Position numbers and translations under genes: made by a program. A DNA stretch of 38,281 nt from Candidatus Shapirobacteria bacterium (GTDB lineage: Bacteria; Patescibacteriota; Microgenomatia; PFEM01; JAPLYW01), in NCBI GenBank assembly GCA_026395335.1, contig JAPLYW010000025.1, positions 1 to 38,281 of the forward strand, given 5' to 3'. Below, piece by piece: positions 22,851 to 33,844 of this stretch. Below the pieces are notes generated by a model, which searched no databases, had not been told where the DNA came from, and saw only the letters and a list, made by a program, of their open reading frames with translations. Every line of letters starts with the position of its first letter. Position 1 is the stretch's first letter.

Positions 22851-25478
22851 CTCTTCTTCTAAACAAGTAACGGCGGCGACTGTGTCGGCGGATTTATTAA
22901 ACCGCATAAAGATAACTCCTTGTGTGTCTCTCCCTAATCTAGGGACATTTTTAACCGGCAATTTGATAACGTGAGCTTTTTTGCTGGTCAAAATAATCTG
23001 GATCACTTTTTCGTCAATAATTCGGGAAGCGACAATATTGCCGGTTTTTGGAGAAACATGAGCGGCGCGAATGCCAATGCCACCTCTTTTTTGCAGACGG
23101 TATTCTTCCAGCTTGGTTCTTTTACCTAATCCGTTTTCCATAATAATAAGAATGTCTCGGAAATTTTTCTTTCTTTTATCTTTATTTGCAGCTAGTTTGG
23201 GGGAAAAGACTTCCATACCGATAACAAAATCATCTTTTTTAAGCTGAATTCCTTTGACACCCATGGTATCGCGGCCGGTCGGTCGAACATCTTTTTCCTT
23301 AAATCTGATACATTTTCCCTGATGGGAAACTAACAAGGCATGATCCCCTTCTTCGGCGATTTTAATCCAGACCAATTCGTCATCTTTATTAAGTTTAATA
23401 GCAATTAAGCCAGAGGCACGAATATTACTGAATGCTTTAAGACTGGTTTTTTTAACAATGCCTTTTTTGGTGACCATGATTAAAAATTTATTTTTATCTG
23501 TTTTTTCAGAGCTTAAGGCTAAAACCGACTGAATTTTTTCTTCCTGAGAAATATTGATAAGATTGATAATTGCCTGACCTTTAGCTTGGCGGGAACCTTC
23601 CGGTAATTCCCAGACACGGATGGAAAAGACCCGGCCTTGGTTACTAAAAAATAAAATCGAGTCATGTGTTTTGGCGGTTAAGAATTGAGAAACTTCATCT
23701 TCTTCTTTAGTAGTCATTCCGGAAACTCCCTTGCCTCCCCTTTTCTGGGAGCGATAAGTATTGACAGGGAATCTTTTAACATAACCACCTTTGGTTAAAA
23801 TAACCAAGCAATCTTCTTGGGGAATTAAATCTTCTTCGTTAAAATCTTCTAAAGCTTGGACATAAACCTTGGTTTTTCTAGCGTCAGCATATTTTTCTTT
23901 AATTTCTAAAAGATCAGTTTTAATAATTTCTAATATTTTTTGGGGATGAGCTAGTAAGCCGATCAGATATTCGATCTTTTTAATAATTTCGTTATATTCA
24001 TCTTCTATTTTTTTTCTTTCCAATGCCGCTAGTCTTCTTAATTGCATCTCTAAAATAGCCGTTGCCTGGATGTCAGTCAATTTAAAACGAGTTATTAAAT
24101 TGACTTTAGCTTCTTGAGCATCTTTTGATTTTTTAATTGTTTCAATAACTTCATCTAAATTATCCAAAGCAATTTTTAAACCCTCTAATATATGAGCTTG
24201 TCTTTTGGCTTCATTAAGTTCAAAAATAACTCTTTTAGTAATAACTTTCTGGCGATGTTTTATAAATTCCGTTAGGATTTGTTTTAAATTAAGTGTCATG
24301 GGTATACCATCAACTAAAGCCACCATATTAACTGGATAACTGGTTTGCATTTGAGTATTTTTATAAAGATTATTAAGAATTGTTTTAGGTTTAGCGGATT
24401 TTTTTAGTTCAACAACAATTCTTAGTCCATCCCTATCAGATTCATCTCGTAAATCGGTAATGCCTTCAATCTTTCGGTCTTTAACCAGCTGAGCAATTTT
24501 TGCCACTAAATTTGATTTATTGACTTGATAAGGAATTTCGCTAATTATAATGCGGAATTTTTCTTCTTTAGTCTCTTCAATCTCCGCCTTAGCTTTGATA
24601 AGAATTTTACCGTTACCGGTAGTATAAGCCTGGAGAATATCTTTTTTATTATAAATAGCAGCACCGGTTGGGAAATCCGGACCTTTAATAAATTTCATTA
24701 ATTCTTCTTCAATATTGACATCTGTTTCAAAATTAGCAGACAAAGCTTTTTCTCCCTGATCTTCATTAAGCTCAATCTTTTTCAGTTCAAAAACCGGTTT
24801 TTTATTTTCTTCTTTTTTTTCTGTCGATAAAGATTCTTTAGGAAAGACAACTTTTCCTTTTTCAATCATATAAATAATAGCGTCAGTAACTTCACCAAGA
24901 TTATGAGGCGGGATTTTAGTAGCCATTCCAACTGCGATACCATCAGAACCCATTAACAATAAATTAGGTAATTTAGCTGGTAAGTAAACTGGTTCTTGAA
25001 GACTGCCATCAAAGCTATCACGGAATTCAACTGTTTCTTTATCAATATCAGTTAACATTTCCTGAGTAATTTTAGCCAGTTTAACTTCGGTATAACGCAT
25101 GGCAGCAGCGGAATCACCATCAATTGAGCCAAAATTACCTTGTCCATCAATTAAAGGATAACGCATGGAGAAATCTTGGGCTAAACGGACTAAAGCGTCA
25201 TAAATAGCCATATCGCCATGAGGATGATATTTACCCATAACCTCTCCAACAACCTTAGCACTTTTAGAATAACGGGAGCTATGAGAAAGGCCCATCTGAT
25301 GCATAGAATATAAAATACGACGATGGACCGGTTTTAAACCGTCTTTAACATCCGGTAAAGCCCTAGCGACAATAACAGACATAGCATAATCAAGATAGCT
25401 TTTACGCATTTCTTGAGTAATCTCAGTTGGTTGTAATTTACCAATTGTATTTTTATCTGTATCCATTGATTTAACCAA
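22848..25478 (-). CDS. gyrA: DNA gyrase subunit A
   Basis: Active-site region AAMRYTE, motifs GKYHPHGD and DGQGNFGS, and a C-terminal beta-pinwheel with the GyrA box QKRGGKG. The start is either TTG 25478 or ATG 25466. A Lys/Glu-rich insertion lies before GPDFPTG. Confidence 0.95.
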   Translation of the reverse strand: MVKSMDTDKNTIGKLQPTEITQEMRKSYLDYAMSVIVARALPDVKDGLKPVHRRILYSMHQMGLSHSSRYSKSAKVVGEVMGKYHPHGDMAIYDALVRLAQDFSMRYPLIDGQGNFGSIDGDSAAAMRYTEVKLAKITQEMLTDIDKETVEFRDSFDGSLQEPVYLPAKLPNLLLMGSDGIAVGMATKIPPHNLGEVTDAIIYMIEKGKVVFPKESLSTEKKEENKKPVFELKKIELNEDQGEKALSANFETDVNIEEELMKFIKGPDFPTGAAIYNKKDILQAYTTGNGKILIKAKAEIEETKEEKFRIIISEIPYQVNKSNLVAKIAQLVKDRKIEGITDLRDESDRDGLRIVVELKKSAKPKTILNNLYKNTQMQTSYPVNMVALVDGIPMTLNLKQILTEFIKHRQKVITKRVIFELNEAKRQAHILEGLKIALDNLDEVIETIKKSKDAQEAKVNLITRFKLTDIQATAILEMQLRRLAALERKKIEDEYNEIIKKIEYLIGLLAHPQKILEIIKTDLLEIKEKYADARKTKVYVQALEDFNEEDLIPQEDCLVILTKGGYVKRFPVNTYRSQKRGGKGVSGMTTKEEDEVSQFLTAKTHDSILFFSNQGRVFSIRVWELPEGSRQAKGQAIINLINISQEEKIQSVLALSSEKTDKNKFLIMVTKKGIVKKTSLKAFSNIRASGLIAIKLNKDDELVWIKIAEEGDHALLVSHQGKCIRFKEKDVRPTGRDTMGVKGIQLKKDDFVIGMEVFSPKLAANKDKRKKNFRDILIIMENGLGKRTKLEEYRLQKRGGIGIRAAHVSPKTGNIVASRIIDEKVIQIILTSKKAHVIKLPVKNVPRLGRDTQGVIFMRFNKSADTVAAVTCLEEE

Positions 25479-25517
25479 TTAAACTAAGCGGTTTAATTAA
25501 ATAAACCGCGATAAATA

Positions 25518-28138
<2,621 letters not shown>

Positions 28139-28142
28139 TCTG

Positions 28143-28171
28143 TTGACATTTTAACATTATTTCTTGATAAT
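28143..28171 (+). promoter_or_regulatory. Candidate promoter of the type IV pilus operon (TTGACA-17-GATAAT)
   Basis: Consensus TTGACA 28143-28148, 17-nt spacer, GATAAT 28166-28171, then 24 nt to ATG 28196. On the other strand TAAAAT (28153-28148) lies 9 nt before the holB GTG. Confidence 0.5.
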
Positions 28172-28195
28172 AATAATGAGTAAAGTTTTTTTAAA

Positions 28196-29935
28196 ATGCC
28201 TACTGCCCAAAAATTAAATTCTCAAGCTGCGCTTGCTTCAAATACAATTGCCGATGTTTTGGCTTCAGCAGGTTTTCTATCAGAGGATAAATTAAAAGCT
28301 GTTAAATTAGAACAAGTTAATACAGGGCGATCTTTAAAACAAATTATTTTAGAACATAATTTTGCTAATGATGAACAGGTTTCAAAAGCGGAAGCACAAA
28401 TTTATAATATTCCTTTTATTGATCCTAACGAAAAAGCGATTAGTCCGGAAAGTTTAAGTCTTATTCCCCGCTCGGTTGCTGAACGCTATAATTTAATCCC
28501 TTTTGATTATAATCGTTTAAATAATGAACTTTCAGTGGCGTTAGCCAATCCTTTGGATTTGGAAGTAATTGAATTTATTGAAAAAAAAGCTAAAGCTAAA
28601 ATTAAGCCTTTTATGGCGACAACGGAAAAAATTCAGCAGGCAGTAGCTTCTGCTTACGCTCAAACTCTTTCAGCTGATGTTAAAGCGGCTTTAAAAGAGG
28701 TATCTCCAGGTATTTCTGAAACTCAGACAGTTGATATTACTTCTTTGGGAAATGTTATTCGTGAAGCGCCGGTGGCTAAAATCGTAGCTACAATTTTAGA
28801 ATTTGCTATTAAATCAAGATCTTCTGATGTTCATATTGAACCTCAAGAAGATAGAACCAGAGTCCGTTATCGAATTGATGGTATTTTACATGAGAAATTA
28901 ATTTTACCTAAAAAAGTTCATGATGCAGTTGTTTCGCGAATTAAAATCTTATCGGGAATGAAAATTGATGAAAAAAGAGTTCCTCAAGATGGTCGTTTTA
29001 ATTTTAAGGCCGATAATCAAGAAGTAGATTTACGGGTTTCTTCTTTACCGACTGTTTTTGGAGAGAAAATCGTAATGCGGTTATTGAAAAAATCAGGCGG
29101 TGTTCCTGATTTACCGGAATTAGGTTTACGCGGACGAGCTTTAAAAAATTTAGAGGATTCAATTTTACGTCCGCATGGTATTATTCTTATTTGCGGTCCA
29201 ACCGGTTCAGGTAAAACTACAACTTTATATTCTGTTTTATCAAGAATTAACACAAGCAAGGTTAACATTGTTACTTTAGAAGATCCGGTTGAGTATCAAA
29301 TACAAGGGGTTAACCAAGTTCAAGTTAATCCTGCCGCTGGTTTAAGTTTTGCTTCTGGTATGAGAAGCTTTTTACGTCAAGACCCAAACATTATTATGGT
29401 TGGTGAAATTCGTGATAAAGAAACCACTGAGTTGGCTATTCAAGCTTCGTTAACCGGCCATTTAGTTTTTTCAACTCTTCATACTAATGATGCGACTGGG
29501 GCTATTCCTCGTCTTTTAGATTTGGGTGGTGAGCCATTTTTATTAGCTTCAGCCATGACTTGTATTGTAGCTCAAAGAGTTTTAAGGAAAATTTGTGAGC
29601 ATTGTAAAGAAAGTTATACTCCCCTGCCGGAAGTTATTGAAGATATTAAAAAATCGTTAGGGAATCTTTATCCTAAAAATGGTGAACTTAAACTTTTTCG
29701 TGGTAAAAAATGTTCTGAATGTAATAATACCGGCTATATAGGTCGGGTAGGTATTTTTGAAGTTTTACCGATTTCTGAAAAAATTGCTCGTCTAACTTTG
29801 GAAAGAGCCGCAGCCAATGAAATTCAAAAACAGGCTTTAGAAGAAGGAATGATTAGTTTAGAACAAGATGGTCACTTGAAAGCCATTGAGGGAATAACTA
29901 CGATAGAAGAAGTATTGCGTGTTGCCCGAGATTAA
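28196..29935 (+). CDS. pilB: Type IV pilus assembly ATPase PilB (GspE family)
   Basis: N-terminal T2SSE_N domain, Walker A GPTGSGKTT, Asp/His boxes and the tetracysteine motif CEHCKE...CSECNNTGYIGR. Confidence 0.9.
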   Translation: MPTAQKLNSQAALASNTIADVLASAGFLSEDKLKAVKLEQVNTGRSLKQIILEHNFANDEQVSKAEAQIYNIPFIDPNEKAISPESLSLIPRSVAERYNLIPFDYNRLNNELSVALANPLDLEVIEFIEKKAKAKIKPFMATTEKIQQAVASAYAQTLSADVKAALKEVSPGISETQTVDITSLGNVIREAPVAKIVATILEFAIKSRSSDVHIEPQEDRTRVRYRIDGILHEKLILPKKVHDAVVSRIKILSGMKIDEKRVPQDGRFNFKADNQEVDLRVSSLPTVFGEKIVMRLLKKSGGVPDLPELGLRGRALKNLEDSILRPHGIILICGPTGSGKTTTLYSVLSRINTSKVNIVTLEDPVEYQIQGVNQVQVNPAAGLSFASGMRSFLRQDPNIIMVGEIRDKETTELAIQASLTGHLVFSTLHTNDATGAIPRLLDLGGEPFLLASAMTCIVAQRVLRKICEHCKESYTPLPEVIEDIKKSLGNLYPKNGELKLFRGKKCSECNNTGYIGRVGIFEVLPISEKIARLTLERAAANEIQKQALEEGMISLEQDGHLKAIEGITTIEEVLRVARD

Positions 29936-29953
29936 TTAATTAAAAATTAATTT

Positions 29954-31009
29954 ATGGAAATTAAAGAATTGCTTGAATATACTATTAATAAAAATGCTTC
30001 TGATCTTCATTTGTTGTCAGGAGTACCGCCAATGATAAGGATTAACGGCGTTTTGTTACCTATTACCGGCAAAGAAATTTTAACAGCGGAAGAAACCAGT
30101 AATTTAGTTTTTTCTTTAGTTAATAATGAACAAAAGGAAATTCTTCTTGTTAATAAGGAATTGGATTTTTCTTTTGATTATCAAGGTCAGGCTCGTTTTA
30201 GGATTAATGCTTATTATCAAAAAAGTAATTTGGCAGCGGCTTTAAGATTGATACCAAATAAAATTCCTAAGATTAATGAACTTAATATGCCGGAAATCTG
30301 TCATACTTTTACTCAATTAAAACAGGGATTTATTTTGATTACTGGTCCGACTGGTCAGGGAAAATCAACTACTTTAGCCTCCATTATTGATGAAGTTGCT
30401 CAGACTCGTCCGATTCATATCGTTACTATTGAAGATCCGATTGAATATCTTTTTACTCATCAAAAGGCAATTGTTTCTCAAAGGGAAATTCGGGCTGATA
30501 CTCATTCTTGGCAAATTGCCTTGCGTTCTTGTTTAAGAGAAGACCCGGATGTAGTTATGATTGGAGAAATGCGTGATTATGAAACTATTGCTTCGGCTCT
30601 AACTATTGCTGAAACAGGTCATTTAGTTTTTGCTACTCTTCACACAAATTCTGCAGCACAAACGATTAATCGTATTATTGATGTTTTTCCAGCTAACCAA
30701 CAAGACCAAATTAAAACTCAGCTTTCTTCAACCTTAGAAGCTATTATTTCTCAAAGACTTCTTCCTTCTTTGACTGGTGGTCGTATTCCTGCTACGGAAA
30801 TTTTAGTTAATACACCTGCTATTAGCAACGCTGTTCGTGAAGGTAAATCTGCAATGATCGATACTATTTTACAAACTTCTGCAGAAATGGGGATGAGAAC
30901 CTTAGAGATGGATTTAGCTCGTTTGGTAAAAGAAAGAAAGGTTGATCTTGAAACAGCTCGGGCTTTTGCTTTGAGACCAGAAGAATTAATGAGATTAACT
31001 AAAGGATAA
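29954..31009 (+). CDS. pilT: Type IV pilus retraction ATPase PilT
   Basis: 351 aa with ASDLHLLSGVPPMIRING, Walker A GPTGQGKST, and PilT-type motifs (AIVSQREI, GHLVFATLHTNSA). Confidence 0.9.
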   Translation: MEIKELLEYTINKNASDLHLLSGVPPMIRINGVLLPITGKEILTAEETSNLVFSLVNNEQKEILLVNKELDFSFDYQGQARFRINAYYQKSNLAAALRLIPNKIPKINELNMPEICHTFTQLKQGFILITGPTGQGKSTTLASIIDEVAQTRPIHIVTIEDPIEYLFTHQKAIVSQREIRADTHSWQIALRSCLREDPDVVMIGEMRDYETIASALTIAETGHLVFATLHTNSAAQTINRIIDVFPANQQDQIKTQLSSTLEAIISQRLLPSLTGGRIPATEILVNTPAISNAVREGKSAMIDTILQTSAEMGMRTLEMDLARLVKERKVDLETARAFALRPEELMRLTKG

Positions 31010-31012
31010 GGT

Positions 31013-31112
31013 ATGGATAAATTTAAATAAGCAAAGCTTGTTTTCACTTATATGGAAAAGTTCAAATATCAATCTTTTTTTATTAACATTAAAAAAATCT
31101 TGTTTTCAATTT
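31013..31112. repeat. Two degenerate copies of the pilC 5' end upstream of the real start
   Basis: ATGGATAAATTTAAATAA (31013-31030, MDKFK*) and ATGGAAAAGTTCAAATAT (31052-31069, MEKFKY, out of frame with pilC) resemble ATGGATAAATTCAAATAT at 31113-31130. Each true or pseudo start at 31052 and 31113 is preceded by A(G/T)CTTGTTTTCA (31036-31047, 31097-31108). Confidence 0.8.
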
Positions 31113-32315
31113 ATGGATAAATTCAAATATAAAGCTAAAGATAAAGATAGTAAAACAGTTGAAGGTTTGGTTGAAGCGGCCGATATTAATCAAGCTGCTA
31201 AGATTCTTAGGGAACGTAATCTTTTAGTTATTACTGTCAATAAAAAAAACGAGGATTTATTTGTCCAAGTTAAAAAAGGTTTTGACAGAATTGGTATTCA
31301 GGATAAAGTTAACTTTACCCGTCAACTTTCAACTATGGTGAATGCTGGTCTAACAATTACTGAGTCGTTGAGTATTTTGGAGCTTCAAACTTCTCCAGCA
31401 ATGAGCAATTTAATTACCGATGTTTTACATCAGGTTGAAAGTGGTATAAGTTTGACCGATGCTTTACAAAAACATAGTAACATTTTTGACCAAATCTATA
31501 TTGCTTTAATAAAAGCTGGAGAAACCGCCGGTGTTCTTGATAAAATCTTATTAAGGTTGGCTGATAATTTAGAGAAACAGAATGAATTCCGCCAAAAAAT
31601 TAAAGGAGCAATGATTTATCCAATCGTGGTTATTGGTGGAATGATTGGGGTTGTAGCGGTCATGATTATTTTTGTTATTCCAAAATTAACAGCGATTTAT
31701 GAAGAATTTCAAGCAGATTTACCGATATCGACAAAAATTTTAATTGGGATTTCTAAATTTGCCACTCATTATTGGTTTTTGGCTTTAGGTGTTTTAGCTG
31801 CTTTATTTTTTCTTTTTCGTTATTTATCTCATAATTACTATTTTCGTCGACAGTTTGACCAATTTTCATTTAAGATACCTATTATCGGCAAATTAAGAAA
31901 AGCGATGATTTTAACTGAATTTACCCGTACCCTAGGCCTTTTAGTGGGCAGTGGTATTTTAATTGTTGATGCGATTGAGGTTACCACAAAATCATTAAAT
32001 AGTCCTAATTATGAAGAAAAAATGAAGGAAGTTTCAAAAGAGGTGGAAAAAGGTTTACCGTTGGCTATGTCTTTAGCTAAAACAGAAATTTTTCCGCCAA
32101 TTTTGCCGCAAATGGTAGCGGTTGGTGAAGAAACGGGGAAACTGGACGAAGTTTTAGTTAAGGTTTCCACTTATTTCGAGCAACAGGCTGATGCGATGGT
32201 TAAGGGATTGACAGCCGCTTTAGAGCCACTTATCATGGTAGTATTAGGAGTCGGTGTTGGTTTTTTAATGATGGCTATTATTATGCCAATTTATAATCTT
32301 ACTAATCAGTTCTAG
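31113..32315 (+). CDS. pilC: Type IV pilus platform protein PilC (GspF family)
   Basis: Two GspF repeats (FTRQLSTMVNAGLTITESL... and FTRTLGLLVGSGILIVDAI...) and 3 TM helices. ATG 31113 (MDKFKYKAKDKD) is preferred over the track's TTG 31038. Confidence 0.88.
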   Translation: MDKFKYKAKDKDSKTVEGLVEAADINQAAKILRERNLLVITVNKKNEDLFVQVKKGFDRIGIQDKVNFTRQLSTMVNAGLTITESLSILELQTSPAMSNLITDVLHQVESGISLTDALQKHSNIFDQIYIALIKAGETAGVLDKILLRLADNLEKQNEFRQKIKGAMIYPIVVIGGMIGVVAVMIIFVIPKLTAIYEEFQADLPISTKILIGISKFATHYWFLALGVLAALFFLFRYLSHNYYFRRQFDQFSFKIPIIGKLRKAMILTEFTRTLGLLVGSGILIVDAIEVTTKSLNSPNYEEKMKEVSKEVEKGLPLAMSLAKTEIFPPILPQMVAVGEETGKLDEVLVKVSTYFEQQADAMVKGLTAALEPLIMVVLGVGVGFLMMAIIMPIYNLTNQF

Positions 32316-32375
32316 CTAAGTAAGATTATCGAGGCAAACGAAGTGCCGAAATATAATCTTACGAATCAGTTTTAG
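32284..32375. repeat. Direct repeat of the pilC 3' end with an intervening inverted copy
   Basis: TGCCAATTTATAATCTTACTAATCAGTTCTAG (32284-32315, end of pilC, MPIYNLTNQF*) is repeated as TGCCGAAATATAATCTTACGAATCAGTTTTAG (32344-32375, VPKYNLTNQF*). AGTAAGATTAT (32319-32329) is complementary to ATAATCTTACT (32293-32303) and, over 10 nt, to 32353-32362. Confidence 0.85.
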
Positions 32376-32408
32376 TATATAAATAACAGAATAAATTATA
32401 GAAAGGGG

Positions 32409-33056
32409 GTGAAAAAAATTAAAAATTCAAAATCAAAAATTCAAAATTTGGGGTTTGCCGTTCGGCTGAAGCCTCAGGCTGAAGCCCTGAGGAACGTAGT
32501 GACGAAGGGTTTTACCATGATTGAATTGTTAATTGTAATTGCTGTTTTGGGAATTTTAGCAGTAGCTGTTTTAGCCACTATTAACCCAATTGAGCAAATT
32601 AATCGCGGCCGTGATACAGGTTCCCGAAGTGATGCAGAACAACTTTTATCAGCCATTGATCGTTATAATGCTACCCAAGGGATTTGGCCTTGGCAGGCGA
32701 TAAAGTCTGATGATGATGCTGTTGTTTGGCAATTAGTTTCCGCCCTTAATGATGCGGATAACTGTCCTTTATTAGATAAATTAGCTCAGGGAGGTGGAGC
32801 TTGTACTTCAGGTGCCGATGAAGTTAAAGCAGCTTTTACAGCTCGTTTAAGAGGTACAACATATAATTCTTTATGGATGGAATATGGAGGTGAAGCTGGA
32901 AATAGCGTTTACATTTGTTTTCAGCCACAATCAGGATCTTTTCGGACAGAGGCTCAAAGAAGATGTAATGAAGGTGTTCCAGTAGATTTTCCTACAGGAG
33001 CTGATTGTGCTACTTGTATTAGTACCCCAACCGCTTGTTATATCTGTCTGCCTTAA
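32409..33056 (+). CDS. Type IV pilin-like protein (candidate major pilin) with long leader
   Basis: Prepilin signal ...TKG|FTMIELLIVIAVLGILAVAV with Glu at +5. It sits between pilC and pilD and has a Cys-rich C-terminal half. The start is uncertain: GTG 32409 abuts the AAGGGGG run, and in-frame TTG 32448 and GTG 32499 are alternatives. Confidence 0.75.
   Translation: MKKIKNSKSKIQNLGFAVRLKPQAEALRNVVTKGFTMIELLIVIAVLGILAVAVLATINPIEQINRGRDTGSRSDAEQLLSAIDRYNATQGIWPWQAIKSDDDAVVWQLVSALNDADNCPLLDKLAQGGGACTSGADEVKAAFTARLRGTTYNSLWMEYGGEAGNSVYICFQPQSGSFRTEAQRRCNEGVPVDFPTGADCATCISTPTACYICLP
32472..32492 (+). other. Hairpin inside the leader region of the 32409 pilin gene
   Basis: CCTCAGG-CTGAAGC-CCTGAGG, a 7-bp perfect stem. 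It overlaps the direct repeat GGCTGAAGCC (32464-32473 and 32477-32486). Confidence 0.7.
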
Positions 33057-33844
33057 TGACTATTTTTATTTTTGTTTTCGGCATAGCTATAGGCAGTTTT
33101 ATTGATTGTTTAGTTTATCGACTGAACAAAGAAAAAAACTTTTGGAAAAGGTTTTTAAAAGGAAGATCTTATTGTCCGAGATGTAAGCATCAATTGGCTT
33201 GGTTTGAAAATATTCCTCTTTGTTCTTTTTTTTTACAAAAAGGCAAATGTCGTCATTGCCATTCTTTAATTTCCTGGCGATATCCTTTAGTGGAATTATT
33301 TACGGGATTAATTTTTGTGGGAGTTTATAAATGGTGGTTAATTCCTAATTTTAATCCTTCTTCTGATTTTTATATTTTTATATCTTTATTTTGTCAAAAA
33401 CAAACTTATTTATATCTTTATATCTTTCTTGTTTTATTGGCAGTTTTTCTTTCTGATTTATTTTATTGGACTATCCCCGACCAGATTACTTTTCCGGCAA
33501 TTTTAATTTTTTTTATTTGGAATATCATTCAGGGTCAATGGTTATCTATTTTGGCTGGTTTGGCCGGAGTGATTTTTTTCCTTCTTTTGGTCTTCTTAAC
33601 TAAAGGAAAAGGAATGGGTCTTGGTGATGTAAAATTAGTTGGTTTAATGGGTTTATTTTTGGGTTTTCCTAGGTTAATTGTGGCTTTATATTTAGCTTTC
33701 TTGACTGGGGCCATAACCGGTGTCATACTGATTTTAATTAAAAAGAAAAGAATAGATAGTCGGATTCCTTTTGGTCCTTTTCTTGCCCTATCAGCTTTTG
33801 TCGCTTTATTTTGGGGAGAAAAAATCTGGCAATTTTTTCTATGA
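33056..33844 (+). CDS. pilD: Prepilin peptidase PilD (A24 family)
   Basis: N-terminal Cys motifs (CPRCKHQL...CRHCHSLI), two catalytic Asp regions (FLSDLFYWTIPD and GKGMGLGDVKL) and a multi-pass membrane topology. ATG 33056 (TAATG overlap with the pilin stop) is preferred over the track start 33035. Confidence 0.85.
   Translation: MTIFIFVFGIAIGSFIDCLVYRLNKEKNFWKRFLKGRSYCPRCKHQLAWFENIPLCSFFLQKGKCRHCHSLISWRYPLVELFTGLIFVGVYKWWLIPNFNPSSDFYIFISLFCQKQTYLYLYIFLVLLAVFLSDLFYWTIPDQITFPAILIFFIWNIIQGQWLSILAGLAGVIFFLLLVFLTKGKGMGLGDVKLVGLMGLFLGFPRLIVALYLAFLTGAITGVILILIKKKRIDSRIPFGPFLALSAFVALFWGEKIWQFFL

Noticed and set aside
31038-31112. N-terminal extensions given by the ORF track for pilC (31038), pilD (33035), pilins (33811, 34568, 37443), yebC (17828), xer (20425), the 8116 gene and the 21815 gene.
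   Set aside because: The extensions are non-conserved, use TTG or GTG, or overlap upstream genes or predicted promoters. Downstream ATGs give canonical N-termini (MDKFKY, MSGHSKW, M..(K/R)G|FTLIELL) and typical TAATG/ATGA coupling.
32333-32347. Sigma-54-like GG-N10-GC element (GGCAAACGAAGTGC) upstream of the pilin gene.
   Set aside because: Only the GG and GC dinucleotides and a few flanking bases match TGGCAC-N5-TTGC. The sequence also forms a small GGCA/TGCC hairpin. No rpoN or enhancer-binding protein gene is visible in the window.
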